A stretch of 64,000 nucleotides of DNA, taken from assembly GCA_038245295.1 (NCBI GenBank), contig JBBRSP010000025.1, positions 1-64,000 on the forward strand. Reading direction: 5' to 3'. Position 1 is the stretch's first letter; each line of letters begins with the position of its first letter. A model generated the notes under the pieces. It was given only the letters and a program-made list of their open reading frames with translations, did no database searches and was not told the DNA's origin. This DNA comes from Candidatus Binatia bacterium (GTDB taxonomy: Bacteria; Desulfobacterota; Binatia; HRBIN30). The position numbers were made by a program, and so were the translations under genes. Below are positions 47,788-57,467 of the stretch, piece by piece.

Positions 47788-48465
47788 ATGAAGATCAAGC
47801 GGACCCGTAGTGGTCGGGCGACTCTGCCGGGCGTTCTCGGCGATGAGTCCGTGCGCAGCCGGATCATCCGAGGTGCCGCGGCAGCATTTGCGCGACGTGG
47901 CGTTTCAGACTGCACGGTCCAACACATTCTGCACGAAGCGACGATTTCGCGCCGCACGTTCTACCAGTACTTCGATGACAAGGAGCATGTGTTGGACGCA
48001 CTTTTCGGGGTTGCGACCGATCTCCTCGTCCAACGCGTGCGCGCCGCCGTGCTCAGCGTTGCCGATCCGGTTGAGAGGCTCGAGCGCGGCGTCGAGGCCT
48101 ACCTCGAGTTGCAGCAGCACGGTGGGCCGCTGGTCTCCGTGCTGCACGCTGAGGCCATCCATCCTGAGTCGCGCCTCGCCTCTCGCCGCGAACACACCCG
48201 GAATGAGCTCGCCCAGCTGTTCGCCGAACACGTTCAGGAGACGCAAGCGCATACGGTCGATCCACTGGTCTTTCACGGCTTGCTGCTGGCGATGGAGGGG
48301 CTGATGCTCCACATGTGTCAGCATGGCGCATTCGATGCAGTGGCGGCGGCTCGCCTGCAGAGGGTCATTGTCCCGTTGATGGTGCGCGTCGTTGCCGCCC
48401 CCGGGGCGAAGTTGCCGGCGCTGCCACGGCCACCAAGTGGTACACAGCGGACGAAGAGGGCATGA
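47788..48465 (+). CDS. TetR/AcrR family transcriptional regulator
   Basis: RIIRGAAAAFARRG...TVQHI...ISRRTFYQYFDDKE helix-turn-helix. Confidence 0.92.
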   Translation: MKIKRTRSGRATLPGVLGDESVRSRIIRGAAAAFARRGVSDCTVQHILHEATISRRTFYQYFDDKEHVLDALFGVATDLLVQRVRAAVLSVADPVERLERGVEAYLELQQHGGPLVSVLHAEAIHPESRLASRREHTRNELAQLFAEHVQETQAHTVDPLVFHGLLLAMEGLMLHMCQHGAFDAVAAARLQRVIVPLMVRVVAAPGAKLPALPRPPSGTQRTKRA

Positions 48466-48525
48466 GGAACGGCAATGACATGATCCGACGCCGGCCCGTC
48501 GCGATCAGCGTGCCCGCATGGCGCG

Positions 48526-49524
48526 TCAGTATTGGACCAGCGCCACCGATGTGGCTGAACTCGTCAAGTTTCGATACGCCGCATCGGCCACGAGGATGCC
48601 GGCAAGATCGCTAGTGGCCGTGCCTGGCGCAGGCACAAAGATCACGGTCAAATCCTGCCACAACGGCTTCTGTAGAAACGGCTCGCGGGCACCGTCGTCG
48701 CCTTCCGAGAGCACATCGGCAACCGTCCAGCCGGCATAACCGATGGTTAGATCGCTGCGGCCTTTCACCTCGGCAAGAAAGACTTCGGCGGCGGAACGTG
48801 AGACCGCCGCGTGCAGGATCAAGACAGGCGGCTGCAGTTGCGGGGTGAAAAGCGCCCGCAGGCCGTCGTAGCTGGACTTCACAAGCCGCTCGCAATTCAC
48901 CAGGCATTCTTGAAACCCGAAGTATCCATCCTCGCCGATGGCCCGGCGCTTGATGTCGATCTCGTCGAAGTAGCGATCGCGGCTGGCGTCGACCATATGG
49001 AGAATCGCTTTGGCGGAAGGATAGAACGGCATCGTCATGCCTTGATGCACCCAGGGTTGGTTCCATTCTCTTCCGCGAGTTGGCCCGGCTTGGGGCGGTG
49101 TCGAAACAATCGTCGGGCCTGAACCCCGAAACACCAGCGCCGTTGCCATGGCGACGTGTGCTACCTTTTGTGCCGCAAAAAGCTGATAGCGGTACATCAA
49201 GATCGTCGAGGGAACGTCGCGCAGCGTGAACCAATTGAAGGCTACGAGTGGTCGGTCGAGATCCATGCAGCGGTCGCGCGCGACGACCAGGCTGGCAGCG
49301 GCGGGCTTGCCCGAGGCCAGCATTCGCCCTTCGCCGCGCAGATCAATACGTAGCTCCGCATTGACGCTGCACCCCGGCTTGAGAGGCGCCGCCAACGCTT
49401 GAACGCCGCGCGGCGGCTTGACCGAGGGCGCGTCGGCTCGAATCACAGGCCACAAGAACCACAGCACCGCCCCGACGACGACGACCAGGAACACCATCAA
49501 CGCCCGCAACATCCATCTCAGCAT
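48526..49524 (-). CDS. Membrane-anchored hypothetical protein
   Basis: N-terminal TM helix; collinear with the hydrolase and SCP2 genes. Confidence 0.6.
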   Translation of the reverse strand: MLRWMLRALMVFLVVVVGAVLWFLWPVIRADAPSVKPPRGVQALAAPLKPGCSVNAELRIDLRGEGRMLASGKPAAASLVVARDRCMDLDRPLVAFNWFTLRDVPSTILMYRYQLFAAQKVAHVAMATALVFRGSGPTIVSTPPQAGPTRGREWNQPWVHQGMTMPFYPSAKAILHMVDASRDRYFDEIDIKRRAIGEDGYFGFQECLVNCERLVKSSYDGLRALFTPQLQPPVLILHAAVSRSAAEVFLAEVKGRSDLTIGYAGWTVADVLSEGDDGAREPFLQKPLWQDLTVIFVPAPGTATSDLAGILVADAAYRNLTSSATSVALVQY

Positions 49525-49578
49525 GCGCGCACTCCACTCCCGCTCCGAATCAGCCGACGCTGAAAACGAAGCACACGA

Positions 49579-50508
49579 TCACCTCTCCGGTGCGGATCCA
49601 CCCGCGGCTACACCATCGGCCGCGTCGCCCGCAAGCCAGCGGCGCAGCTCGGTGCGAAAGCGCGGGTTCATCGGTGTGCTGCGATGCGTGCCGCCGTCAA
49701 TGACGATGATTTTGTGGTGTGGCAGGACGCCGGCCAGCGCGTCGACGCCGGAGCGCATGGCATCGGCGCTGCCGATGAGGCTGAGCACCGGCACGTCGAC
49801 GGCGCGCAACTCGGACTCCGTCACCGTCAGCGCGCCTAGCGACTGAGCAAGGGCACCGACAGCGCGCGTGTCCAACAGTGACCTGGCGCCGAAATCCACA
49901 ATAGCTGCTCGCAGGGGCCCGACGTCACTGCCGGGATTCAGGAACCCGACGAGTGCCGAGAACCCGATGCCATGGCGGAAGGCACTGCCAAGCACGTCGT
50001 AAACATTGAGCGCACTGGGGTCGGGGCGCTGCCAGCCGAAACCGCAGACGGCGGCCCGCAGCACGCGTTCCGGATGTCGGGTCAACAGTTTCAGCGTGAT
50101 GAATCCGCCCATGCTGTAGCCCACCACATGGGCGCGCGTGATGCGCAGATGATCCAGAAGGCGAACGACGTCCTCTACCATTTCCTCGCCATAGGCCGCC
50201 GTGTCCGTTGGCTTACCGGATCGGCCATGGCCGCGCGCGTCGATCGTGATGACTCGGAACTGCTTGGCGAGCTCGTCGACGACGCCAGTGAAGCGCCAGT
50301 TCAGGTTACCGGTTGCCGCAAAGCCGTGGACCAACACGACGGGTTCACCGGCTCCTTCGTCGGTGTAATGGATCGCGACGCCGGCGGAGTCGAAGTAGTG
50401 CCCCTCAGGCCCGAGCCAGAACGGCCCCGAGAACCAGCGCCACCCGGCGCCCAACGCAACCGCTACGACGAGCCCTGCCCCGATCAACCACCAGCGGAGC
50501 CGCGACAT
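49579..50508 (-). CDS. Alpha/beta hydrolase with N-terminal anchor
   Basis: VLVHGF, DARGHGRS, GYSMGG, and catalytic D...H. Confidence 0.9.
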   Translation of the reverse strand: MSRLRWWLIGAGLVVAVALGAGWRWFSGPFWLGPEGHYFDSAGVAIHYTDEGAGEPVVLVHGFAATGNLNWRFTGVVDELAKQFRVITIDARGHGRSGKPTDTAAYGEEMVEDVVRLLDHLRITRAHVVGYSMGGFITLKLLTRHPERVLRAAVCGFGWQRPDPSALNVYDVLGSAFRHGIGFSALVGFLNPGSDVGPLRAAIVDFGARSLLDTRAVGALAQSLGALTVTESELRAVDVPVLSLIGSADAMRSGVDALAGVLPHHKIIVIDGGTHRSTPMNPRFRTELRRWLAGDAADGVAAGGSAPER

Positions 50509-50510
50509 GA

Positions 50511-50942
50511 TCAGGCCGGTTCGAACCAGCTTTGCATCACCATGGCAACCGTGATGTCGCCACCGAGCTTGAGCTTGCCGGTCATGAACGCCTCCTGGCC
50601 GTTGAGCTTGCCGGCAACGAGTCGAATAAAGCTCGGCACGGATAACGTCAGGGTCACGTTGGCAACGGCCGGCGTCCCCTTCGAGAGTGAACAAGCACCG
50701 TTGGCGACCGTGATCTGGTAGCTGCGCGTGACATCCGGGGCGGTCACGTCGTACTGGATTACCGTGCTCTTGCCGGCAGCTTTTGCGGGCTGAAACGCCG
50801 CTACCATTCCCTCAAACACGGTGGCGAGAACCGCGTCGACTCCGCCCTGGGCTTCAAGGCCGCTCTTGATCTCCTCATCCGATCGTCCCTCGATCATGGT
50901 CGCGAGCTCGGCGCGTCGCTGCTGTGCGTTGCCGTCAATCAT
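50511..50942 (-). CDS. SCP2 sterol/lipid-binding domain protein
   Basis: GKLNGQEAFMTGKLKLGGD motif; AAGGAG RBS. Confidence 0.88.
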   Translation of the reverse strand: MIDGNAQQRRAELATMIEGRSDEEIKSGLEAQGGVDAVLATVFEGMVAAFQPAKAAGKSTVIQYDVTAPDVTRSYQITVANGACSLSKGTPAVANVTLTLSVPSFIRLVAGKLNGQEAFMTGKLKLGGDITVAMVMQSWFEPA

Positions 50943-51211
50943 CTTCGTGTCTCCTTCCTTCGCCAAAACGATCCCGCCCTCTTTTCTCGTCGCGCGGTAT
51001 ACACAGCGTATACTTCAACGAAAGGGACTTCAAGGGGACGGCTAGCGGTGCATGCTGGAGGAACCTGAACAGCAACGACGCCGAAGCCTTCCGCGGGAGC
51101 CTGGGAGTTGCTGTTCACGCTTGGACCGTCAGACATCACCGGCGCCGCGCAAGGGATCATCAATCCGATTGCCATCAAGTAGGATGCGGCGACGGGTCAG
51201 GTGCCTAGACC

Positions 51212-51251
51212 GATTCATCAACGCGACACCGGGCCGTCAAGCAACTGTCAC
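51212..51251 (+). promoter_or_regulatory. Pho-box-like array upstream of the aminotransferase operon
   Basis: GATTCAT-CAAC-GCGACAC-CGGG-CCGTCAA-GCAA-CTGTCAC, 11-bp period; the last pair is close to the PhoB consensus. Confidence 0.6.
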
Positions 51252-51346
51252 TTGAAGCGTCCCTCTATGTCTGCGTCCGGTAACCGCGCGTTCATCGTTT
51301 GGCGTTACCCTCCGCACAAGGCTGTTGCCTTGGGAGGCGCGAGACG

Positions 51347-53062
51347 ATGTTGTTTTCCTCGTCCTATGTCCTGTCGATCCCGGCGTTTGTTGCGTTGGCA
51401 CCGCGATTCTATCGACGCCTGCAGCTCTCCCGCGCCAAACATCCCTCTCTAACCGGCCACGCCAAATGGTCGCGCCGCATGGCGCGTCTGGTTCCCTTCT
51501 TCGAATACGACGAGGATTCGTTCTTCGTCAGTGACGCGGCACCGGATGCGATCGGGCACATGCGTCGCGCCGGCCTCGAGCAGCTGCGCCGCGGGGTTCG
51601 CGAGAGCTCGCCGACGTCGGTGCGGATGAACGAGTCGCTGCAAGATGACATCTCCGACGTGCGTTTCACGACCGCCTACCGCGTGCCGTTTCCGTACCGC
51701 AATCGTGTCCCGAAGGAGCTTCGGTACGGCTCGATCGCCGACGAGACGCGCGGCGTGCAGATCAAGGATATCGACGGCAACTGGCGCTACGACCTGTCGG
51801 GATCGTACGGCGTCAACGTCTTCGGCTACGACTTCTACAAAGACTGTATCGCCAAGGGGAGTGCCAAGGTTGCAGCCCTCGGCCCCGTGCTTGGGCCCTA
51901 CCACCCACTGATCCGCGACAACGTCGAGCGGCTGAAGTCGATCTCCGGCCTCGATGAAGTGTCGTTCCACATGTCGGGGACCGAGGCGGTCATGCAAGCC
52001 GTCCGTCTGGCGCGCTACCACACACGTCGCACCCATCTCGTGCGTTTCTGCGGCGCCTACCACGGCTGGTGGGATGGGGTTCAGCCCGGCGTCGGGAACG
52101 CGCGTAAAGTCGACGACGTCTACACGTTGGCCGATCTCAGTGATCGTTCGCTGCGTGTTCTGGAAACGCGTGATGACATCGCCTGCGTCTTGATCAATCC
52201 GCTGCAAGCGCTGCACCCGAATGCCGACAGCCCCGGCGATGGCACACTCATCGCCAGTGATCGCACCGCCACTTTCGACCGCACCCGTTACACCGAGTGG
52301 CTCCTGCGGATCCGCGACGTGTGCAGCCGCAAGAACATTGTCCTGATCTTCGACGAGGTCTTCACGGGCTTTCGTCTGGCCCGCCGCGGCGCTCAGCAAT
52401 ACTTCGGCATCGAGGCCGACATGGTGACGTACGGCAAGACGCTGGGCGGCGGGTTGCCCGTCGGCGTCCTGTGCGGTCGCCACGATCTCATGGAGCGCTT
52501 TCGCGAGGATGCTCCGGCCGACATCTCCTTCGCTCGCGGCACCTTCAATTCCCACCCATACGTCCTGGGGGCGATGAACGAGTTCCTCGAGCGTCTCGAC
52601 TCTCCGGAGATCCGCCAGCGCTACAGCGATCTCGATAGCGTGTGGAAGGCGCGAGTCGCCGAGCTCAATCGGCGGCTCAAAGTAGCCGACCTGCCGGTTC
52701 AGGTAGCCAACATGCAGACCGTGCTGACGGTCCTCTACGAGACGCCGAGTCGTTACAACTGGATGTTCCAATTTTACCTGCGAGCCGCCGGGCTCGAGCT
52801 GGGTTGGATCGGCAGCGGACGTTTCATCATGAGCCTCGACTACTCGGAGGACGATTTCCGCGAGGTCATGGAGCGGTTCGTGCGCGCCGCCGCGCGCATG
52901 AAGCAGGATCAGTGGTGGTGGCATTCTCCGGGTCTCACCAACAAGGCGATCAAAAGAATGATGACGCGAGACATGCTCAAGGCGCGCTTTCCGTGGCTGC
53001 GGAACCTGCTTTCGCCACCCGCGGTACCTGGTCGGGTGCGGCATGTCGGAGAGGTTGATTAG
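51347..53062 (+). CDS. Class III PLP aminotransferase (GSA-aminomutase-like fold with long N-terminal extension)
   Basis: SGTEAV, YHGW, IFDEVFTGFR, YGKTLGGGLPVG and GTFN motifs; GGAGG RBS. Confidence 0.9.
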   Translation: MLFSSSYVLSIPAFVALAPRFYRRLQLSRAKHPSLTGHAKWSRRMARLVPFFEYDEDSFFVSDAAPDAIGHMRRAGLEQLRRGVRESSPTSVRMNESLQDDISDVRFTTAYRVPFPYRNRVPKELRYGSIADETRGVQIKDIDGNWRYDLSGSYGVNVFGYDFYKDCIAKGSAKVAALGPVLGPYHPLIRDNVERLKSISGLDEVSFHMSGTEAVMQAVRLARYHTRRTHLVRFCGAYHGWWDGVQPGVGNARKVDDVYTLADLSDRSLRVLETRDDIACVLINPLQALHPNADSPGDGTLIASDRTATFDRTRYTEWLLRIRDVCSRKNIVLIFDEVFTGFRLARRGAQQYFGIEADMVTYGKTLGGGLPVGVLCGRHDLMERFREDAPADISFARGTFNSHPYVLGAMNEFLERLDSPEIRQRYSDLDSVWKARVAELNRRLKVADLPVQVANMQTVLTVLYETPSRYNWMFQFYLRAAGLELGWIGSGRFIMSLDYSEDDFREVMERFVRAAARMKQDQWWWHSPGLTNKAIKRMMTRDMLKARFPWLRNLLSPPAVPGRVRHVGEVD

Positions 53063-55868
53063 GATGGTCAGTATCGTCGACGACCTCGGCACCGGGCGAT
53101 TTCGCCGCGCTCTCAAAGACGAATTCCGCCGCTTTTTGCAAATGGAATCAGCGCGCTTTCCCGCCGACCAATGCCTGCGCGTCGATCTGCACTGCCACGA
53201 CCACAACAGCGACATTCCCGACGAGCTCTGGGGCAGGATCCTGCGATTGCCCGAGACCTGGCTGGAGACAAAGCGGCTCGTCGAAGTGTTGCAGCGCAAT
53301 GGCTCGGACGTGATCACGATCACCAACCATAACAACGCGCGATCATGCTGGGACCTACAGGATGCCGGACACGACGTCTTGACGGGCAGCGAGTTCACCT
53401 GCCACTTCACAGAATACGACCTCTTTCTGCACGTGCTGACGTATGGCTTCGATCGTCGGCAGGAGGTCGAGCTGAACAGCAAGCGCCGCGACATCTTCTC
53501 CTTCCTGCGCTACGCGCACGAGAACAACCTGCCCGTCGTCCTGCCTCACCCCCTCTACTTCTACACGTCCGTCGAGCGGATCGATCTCGAGCTCTTCGAG
53601 AAGCTCGCCGTGATGTTCCAGCGCTTTGAGGTCCTCAACGGCCAACGCGATCTGTGGCAGAGCATCCTGACGCTCAACTGGGCGCAAACCCTCACGGCGG
53701 AGAAGATCGATCATTACGCCAGGAAGCATCGACTCAACCCCGGCGAATTCGGTGTCGACCCGGCTCTCCCCAAGGTGCTCACCGGCGGATCAGATGACCA
53801 CTTCGGCGTGTTTGCGGGGACCTGCGGGTCGCGGCTGTACGTCCCAAACCTGAAAGAGCGACTGCGCACCGAGCGGCGATCCGCCCTGGCGCTGGAGGCC
53901 CTTCGTGCCGGACGCGTCGCGCCGTTCGGTCACGTCGCCGAAAACCAGAAGCTTACCATCGCGCTGCTCGACTACTTTTCGCAGGTCGCCACGAAGATCG
54001 AAGACCCCGGCCTGCTGCGTGTCGCTCTGCATCGCGGCGAGACCTCGGACAAGTTGGCGTGTCTCGCGATCGGCAATCTTCTCCTCGAAGTGCGCAAGCA
54101 CCGGCACACGCGCAAGTTCTTCAACTTGATCCACGATGCCCTGCGGGGCAAACGACCGAGCCGGCTGCTGCGATGGCAGGTTTCGAAGGACTACCGCTTC
54201 TGTCTCGATCACCTCGACCGCATCGCCGTGAGCACCCAGGGCTCTCCGGAGCATTACATCGAAACGGTGAACAGCGCCTTGTCACAGCTGTTCACCGAAC
54301 TGACTTCTCTCATCATTAAGCGGGTGCAGAAGGCAACGGCGGAGAACCCGTCTAAGCGCCTCGAGAAACTCTCCACGGAGGAGCTCATTCGCAAGTTCGA
54401 GGTGCCGAGCCAACTGACCTCTCTCTTCGTGGGTGATGCCAGCCGGCGCCCCGACATGAGCGACTTCGACGTCACGAAGATCCTCGAGAGCCTGTCGTTT
54501 CCCGTCTTCATGAACCTTATTGTCGCCGGTGCGACGGTTGCCAGCACGCGGGTTCTCTATACGAACCGGCGCTTCCTCAACGAGTTCGCCCAACACCTCG
54601 GCATGGGCCATCACGAGAAGCGGGCTCTGTATCTGACCGACACGCTACGTGACAGAAATGGCGTCTCGAATTCTCTCTCCGGCAAGCTGGCGGAGATTCA
54701 ACGACTCGACCTGCCGGTCGACTTCCTGATCTGTGACGCGAAGGCCGCCGAGGAGCCGCATCTACGGGTCGTTCGGCCGCTGATGACCTTCACGGTGAGC
54801 GAGTATGGTGAGCAGGAGTTCCGCGTCCCCGACCCGATGGAGATAGCCGCCATCTTCTATCGCGGCGGCTACGATCGCATCGTCTGCTCCACCGAGGGGC
54901 CGATGGCATGTGTCGCCCTCTTCCTGAAGTTCATGTTCAACGCCCCGAGCTACTTCTTCATGCACACCGACTGGATCGACTTCGCCAAGCACAACACCGA
55001 TCTCGACCATCACGAACGCGACCGTATTCGTCGTCTGCTGCGGGCGTTGTACAAGCAATTCGAAGGGGTGTTCGTTCTCAACAGCGATCACCGCGAGTGG
55101 TTGACCGGACACGAGATGCAATTGGATGCGGACAAGGTTCTCCTCACCGCGCACCACGCGCAACCGCGCCACCCGACCGCGCAGCCGATCAACAAGGCGG
55201 AGCTCTTCCCTGACGCCACCGCCGCTACGCCGATCCTCTTCACTGCCTGTCGACTCAGCCGCGAGAAAGGCATCTTCGAGTTGCCGGAGATCGTGGCGCG
55301 AGCCAGAAAATCTCTGCCCAACCTGAAGATCGTCATCGCCGGCACCGGACCGGCGGAAGCCGAATTGAAAGCCACCCTGCCGGACGCGCGCTTTCTTGGA
55401 TGGGTCGATCGGCAGCGCCTCGCGGAGCTCTACCTCGGGCTTGATCTATTCGTGTTCCCGTCGCGCTTCGATACCTTCGGCAACGTCGTCCTCGAAGCGC
55501 TGGCGCACGGCATGCCCGCCATCGCGTACAACTGCAAAGGACCGAAGGACATCCTCGAAGACGGACACAGCGGTTACCTTGTCGACACCATCGAGGCGAT
55601 GGGTGACCGCATCGCGTACCATTTCCTGGTTCCCGAGGGACAAGGGACCATGCGGCAAAACGCGATGGCACGTGCCGCGGCGTATCAGGCTGAGCCGATC
55701 ATGCGGCGGTTCATGGATGATCTTGGGCTTGGCGAGAGCTTGGTCGGGCAATCGGCGCCGTTCGTCGCTGCGCACTCTGATGGGACCAATAAGACCGATG
55801 AGACTGATGGGACCGATGATGAGCTCGGGTTCATCAGCGCGCCGATGCGGGAGAGATCGGTTGCCTGA
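53043..55868 (+). CDS. PHP-domain / GT4 glycosyltransferase fusion
   Basis: N-terminal DLHCHD...TNHN...LPHP...GGSDDH; C-terminal RLSREKG and FPSRFDTFGNVVLEALAHG. Confidence 0.88.
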   Translation: MSERLIRMVSIVDDLGTGRFRRALKDEFRRFLQMESARFPADQCLRVDLHCHDHNSDIPDELWGRILRLPETWLETKRLVEVLQRNGSDVITITNHNNARSCWDLQDAGHDVLTGSEFTCHFTEYDLFLHVLTYGFDRRQEVELNSKRRDIFSFLRYAHENNLPVVLPHPLYFYTSVERIDLELFEKLAVMFQRFEVLNGQRDLWQSILTLNWAQTLTAEKIDHYARKHRLNPGEFGVDPALPKVLTGGSDDHFGVFAGTCGSRLYVPNLKERLRTERRSALALEALRAGRVAPFGHVAENQKLTIALLDYFSQVATKIEDPGLLRVALHRGETSDKLACLAIGNLLLEVRKHRHTRKFFNLIHDALRGKRPSRLLRWQVSKDYRFCLDHLDRIAVSTQGSPEHYIETVNSALSQLFTELTSLIIKRVQKATAENPSKRLEKLSTEELIRKFEVPSQLTSLFVGDASRRPDMSDFDVTKILESLSFPVFMNLIVAGATVASTRVLYTNRRFLNEFAQHLGMGHHEKRALYLTDTLRDRNGVSNSLSGKLAEIQRLDLPVDFLICDAKAAEEPHLRVVRPLMTFTVSEYGEQEFRVPDPMEIAAIFYRGGYDRIVCSTEGPMACVALFLKFMFNAPSYFFMHTDWIDFAKHNTDLDHHERDRIRRLLRALYKQFEGVFVLNSDHREWLTGHEMQLDADKVLLTAHHAQPRHPTAQPINKAELFPDATAATPILFTACRLSREKGIFELPEIVARARKSLPNLKIVIAGTGPAEAELKATLPDARFLGWVDRQRLAELYLGLDLFVFPSRFDTFGNVVLEALAHGMPAIAYNCKGPKDILEDGHSGYLVDTIEAMGDRIAYHFLVPEGQGTMRQNAMARAAAYQAEPIMRRFMDDLGLGESLVGQSAPFVAAHSDGTNKTDETDGTDDELGFISAPMRERSVA

Positions 55869-56757
55869 GGTCGCGGCACATAAGTTGATCAGTTCGTGGA
55901 CCCAGCAGGAGCAGCTGAACTTCCTGCTGACCAACCGCATCCCGCGCCGTCTGCTGACGCGCTTCATGGGTTGGTACAGCGCCATCGAGAGTCCGACCTT
56001 AACGCGTTTGTCGATCGCGGTGTGGAAACTCTTCTCGGATGATCTGAACTTCGAAGAATCCCGAAGGCGGACCTTTCGAAGCCTGCAAGAATGCTTCATC
56101 CGCGAATTGAAGGAGGGGGCACGACCGATCGACCCGCGCCGTGACATTGCGGTGAGTCCGTGCGACGCCATCGTCGGGGCGTGCGGTAGAGTCGAAGGAA
56201 CGCGTATCTTTCAGGCCAAAGGTTTTCCCTACGATCTTGCCGATCTCATTCCGGATCCGCGGCTGCGATCCAAATATCGCGACGGCATCTACGTGACGTT
56301 GCGCCTCCGGTCGAGCATGTATCATCGCTTCCACGCACCAGTGGACTGCCGCGTCGAAGAGATCGCGTACATCTCGGGTGACACCTGGAACGTCAATCCG
56401 ATCGCGCTGCAGAGGATCGAGAAGCTCTATTGCAAGAACGAACGCGCGGTTGTCGAGCTGAAGCTGGATGCCGCCGAGCACGACGGCAGATCTCGCAGCA
56501 TGGCGCTCGTTCCGGTGGCGGCGATCCTGGTGGCCAGCATGAAGTTCCACTGCCTGCTCGAGCCATTGGATCTCCAATACCGCGGCCCGACCCGTATCCC
56601 CTGTAGCGCCAGATATCGCCGCGGCGAGGAACTCGGGTACTTCCAACAGGGCTCGACCATCATCGTGTTTGCAACGGACAACTATCGACTGGCCGATGGC
56701 GTGACGACAGGCAGTCATATCGCCATGGGGCAGGCGCTTTTGGAGGAAGAGAAATGA
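55861..56757 (+). CDS. psd: Phosphatidylserine decarboxylase family protein
   Basis: FIRELK, SPCD, YHRFHAP, NER and the GST autocleavage motif; TTG start overlaps the GT stop. Confidence 0.88.
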   Translation: MPEVAAHKLISSWTQQEQLNFLLTNRIPRRLLTRFMGWYSAIESPTLTRLSIAVWKLFSDDLNFEESRRRTFRSLQECFIRELKEGARPIDPRRDIAVSPCDAIVGACGRVEGTRIFQAKGFPYDLADLIPDPRLRSKYRDGIYVTLRLRSSMYHRFHAPVDCRVEEIAYISGDTWNVNPIALQRIEKLYCKNERAVVELKLDAAEHDGRSRSMALVPVAAILVASMKFHCLLEPLDLQYRGPTRIPCSARYRRGEELGYFQQGSTIIVFATDNYRLADGVTTGSHIAMGQALLEEEK

Positions 56758-56801
56758 ACATCGATGCGAAACGAAACGCTCGCGAAAGGGAGGAGGAGGC
56801 C

Positions 56802-57428
56802 ATGGGCTTTATCGAGGAGTTGCATCAACAGCGTTGGGACGATCACCGCTTCTATCATCACAATCGCGTCAACCAGTCACTGCACCTGTTGAGTGCGATG
56901 TGTTTCGTGACCAGTTATGTCCTGCTGTTCATCCATCCCGCCGCCGCGGTGTTCATCGGATGGTTGCTGGCCATGGTCTTGCGCCAGGCGGGACATTTCT
57001 TCTTCGAGCCGCAGGGCTATGACGAGGTCAACCAGATGACACACGCGCACAAGGAGAGCGTCAAGGTCGGCTACAATCTCCAGCGCAAGGTAGTATTGCT
57101 GTCGATCTGGATCGCCGCGCCCGTCGTCCTCTACTTCGAGCCGACCCTCTTCCGCCTGTTGCGCGCGCCGAGCGATGCCTGGGCCTTCCTCGACAATCTG
57201 GCATCTGTGTGGCTCGTGATCGGTATGGGTGCGGTCGTCTTCCGCACCGTCCATCTGTTCTTTCTAAAGAGTGTGCAGTCGGGCCTCGTCTGGTGCACCA
57301 AGATTCTCACCGACCCGTTCCACGACATCAAGATTTATCACAAGGCGCCGTACTATATGCTGCGTGGTGAGATGTACGACGATATGTCGGATTGGTACGA
57401 CGGGTCGGTGCACGCCGGCGCGAGATAG
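56802..57428 (+). CDS. His-rich integral membrane protein (Mpo1/DUF962-like)
   Basis: YHHNRVNQSLH...RQAGHFFFE; several TM segments; strong GGAGGAGG RBS. Confidence 0.75.
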   Translation: MGFIEELHQQRWDDHRFYHHNRVNQSLHLLSAMCFVTSYVLLFIHPAAAVFIGWLLAMVLRQAGHFFFEPQGYDEVNQMTHAHKESVKVGYNLQRKVVLLSIWIAAPVVLYFEPTLFRLLRAPSDAWAFLDNLASVWLVIGMGAVVFRTVHLFFLKSVQSGLVWCTKILTDPFHDIKIYHKAPYYMLRGEMYDDMSDWYDGSVHAGAR

Positions 57429-57467
57429 GACGTATGGGTCCTAGGGGTCCAATGGCCCGAGGGGATC

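Noticed and set aside
51347..53062. Calling this gene hemL
   Set aside because: It has a long atypical N-terminus, divergent substrate motifs and a lipid-gene context; only the fold is supported.
51449..53494. 681-aa minus-strand ORF
   Set aside because: Antisense shadow of the aminotransferase and GT genes; no motifs; expected in high-GC DNA.
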